A DNA stretch of 64,000 nucleotides, taken from the NCBI GenBank assembly GCA_963796055.1, contig CAWCKH010000004.1:2720001-2784000 (forward strand), given 5' to 3'. Made by a program: the position numbers and the translations under genes. The notes beneath the pieces are model-generated. The model worked only from the letters and a program-made list of their open reading frames with translations. It had not been told where the DNA came from and ran no database searches. This stretch comes from an uncultured delta proteobacterium (GTDB lineage: Bacteria; Myxococcota; Myxococcia; Myxococcales; Myxococcaceae). Positions 62,976-64,000 of this stretch are shown piece after piece (positions within the stretch are counted from its first letter, which is position 1; every line of letters starts with the position of its first letter).

Positions 62976-63896
62976 TCAGTCGACACCGCTCGGCAGGCCG
63001 AGCTCGCCGAGCACGCGCTGGAGCTGGGGCGGCAGCGGGGACGAGATCGAGAGCGGCGATTTGCTGACTGGATGCACGAGCCCCAGCCGTGCGGCGTGGA
63101 GGAAGAACCGGTCGAGCCCGGGGTGGGCGCGTCCGCCGTACGACGTGTCGCCCAGGACCGGTGCGCCAATGGCGGCCAGATGGGCGCGGATCTGGTGGAG
63201 CACCCCGGTGTGGATCCGTACCTCGAGCAGCGCCGCGTCCGCGGAGCGCGCGAGGACCTGGAACGCGCTCCGCGCCTCCCGCCCGCCTCCGGACAGAGCC
63301 GGCTCGACGTGGTCGCCGCGGTGGCGGAGCGGCAGGTCGATCTCGCCGTCGTCCGCCACGGGGCCGGTCACCACGGCGAGGTAACGCTTGTCGACCCGCC
63401 GCCCGGTGAAGGCCTCGCGGACGGTCCGCCAGGCCTCGGGTGTCCGCGCAGCGAGCAGCACGCCCGAGGTGAGCGAGTCCAGCCGGTGCACCAGACCGCC
63501 CTCGCGCGGGTCGGCCGAGGCGTCCACGCATTCGGGGTGGCGCGCCACCAGCGCGTTCACCACCGTGCCCCGCTCGCCGGGCTCGAGTGGGTGGCTCGGC
63601 ATGCCTGCCGGCTTGTCCATCGCCACCAGCTGCGGGTCGAGGTGCAATATCGAAAGTGGAAGCTCCGGCTGGGGGACCGGGCGCGGGTCCTCGCGCTCCA
63701 GGGTCACCTCCACCGTCGCCCCCGCCACGGTGCGGTCCCCCTTGCGTGGAGGCCGGCCCCCGATTCGCACCGCGCCGCGATCGAGCAGCTCCTTCACCCG
63801 CGCCCGCGGCAGCGCCAGGGCACCCGCCAGCCAGACGTCGACCCGCAGCCCCGCGGCGTCCGGGGGGACCTCCAGGCTCCTTCGCCCGGCGCTCAC
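62976..63896 (-). CDS. RluA/RluD-family pseudouridine synthase with S4 domain
   Basis: S4-like [45 protein letters not shown]. Confidence 0.93.
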   Translation of the reverse strand: MSAGRRSLEVPPDAAGLRVDVWLAGALALPRARVKELLDRGAVRIGGRPPRKGDRTVAGATVEVTLEREDPRPVPQPELPLSILHLDPQLVAMDKPAGMPSHPLEPGERGTVVNALVARHPECVDASADPREGGLVHRLDSLTSGVLLAARTPEAWRTVREAFTGRRVDKRYLAVVTGPVADDGEIDLPLRHRGDHVEPALSGGGREARSAFQVLARSADAALLEVRIHTGVLHQIRAHLAAIGAPVLGDTSYGGRAHPGLDRFFLHAARLGLVHPVSKSPLSISSPLPPQLQRVLGELGLPSGVD

Positions 63897-64000
63897 TCGG
63901 CGAGCGCCTCGGCGACCTCCTCCGCGGTCTGGAACCGCTCGGCCGGCTCCTTCCGCAGGAGGCGATGCGCGATGCGCGCCAGGGCCGCGTCGGCGCCGGG
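63893..64000 (-). CDS. C-terminal end of a probable Ser/Thr protein kinase (runs off the window end)
   Basis: Manual translation [39 protein letters not shown] resembles Hanks kinase subdomain XI; GTGA overlap with the RluA gene. Confidence 0.65.
   Translation of the reverse strand, partial: PGADAALARIAHRLLRKEPAERFQTAEEVAEALAE

Overview
Very GC-rich, gene-dense core-chromosome segment that looks myxobacterial (Myxococcota, Myxococcales-like), judging by the CglC/GltB/GltA/GltC gliding-motility genes, a TIGR02266-type PilZ protein, an FHA-sigma54 activator and the myxobacterial gspC-N layout. From left to right: the 5' part of glutamate synthase gltB; a five-gene ABC ATPase / two permeases / LolA-like / outer-membrane beta-barrel operon; an isolated three-gene type III secretion ATPase module (SctL-SctN-SctO, FliH-FliI-FliJ-like) with no other T3SS or flagellar gene in the window; a divergent Rho; an SppA protease with an N-terminal beta-barrel-like domain; a type IIA topoisomerase pair in A-then-B order; small enzymes; a complete type II secretion operon with a consensus-spaced sigma54 promoter, flanked by two enhancer-binding proteins; an orphan ParB-like gene; a membrane gluzincin-TPR operon; the gliding outer-membrane cluster; plsX coupled to an App1-like HAD phosphatase; pcnB; an arylamine N-acetyltransferase; an XRE regulator-dinB pair; an RluA-family synthase; and the 3' end of a probable Ser/Thr kinase. 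gspI and plsX each carry a single-base (+1) frameshift, probably assembly indels. I saw no tRNA, rRNA, CRISPR array, IS element or prophage. All calls come from reading motifs by eye; no database search was run, and several starts were moved from the ORF track to the codon best supported by RBS or stop-start overlap.
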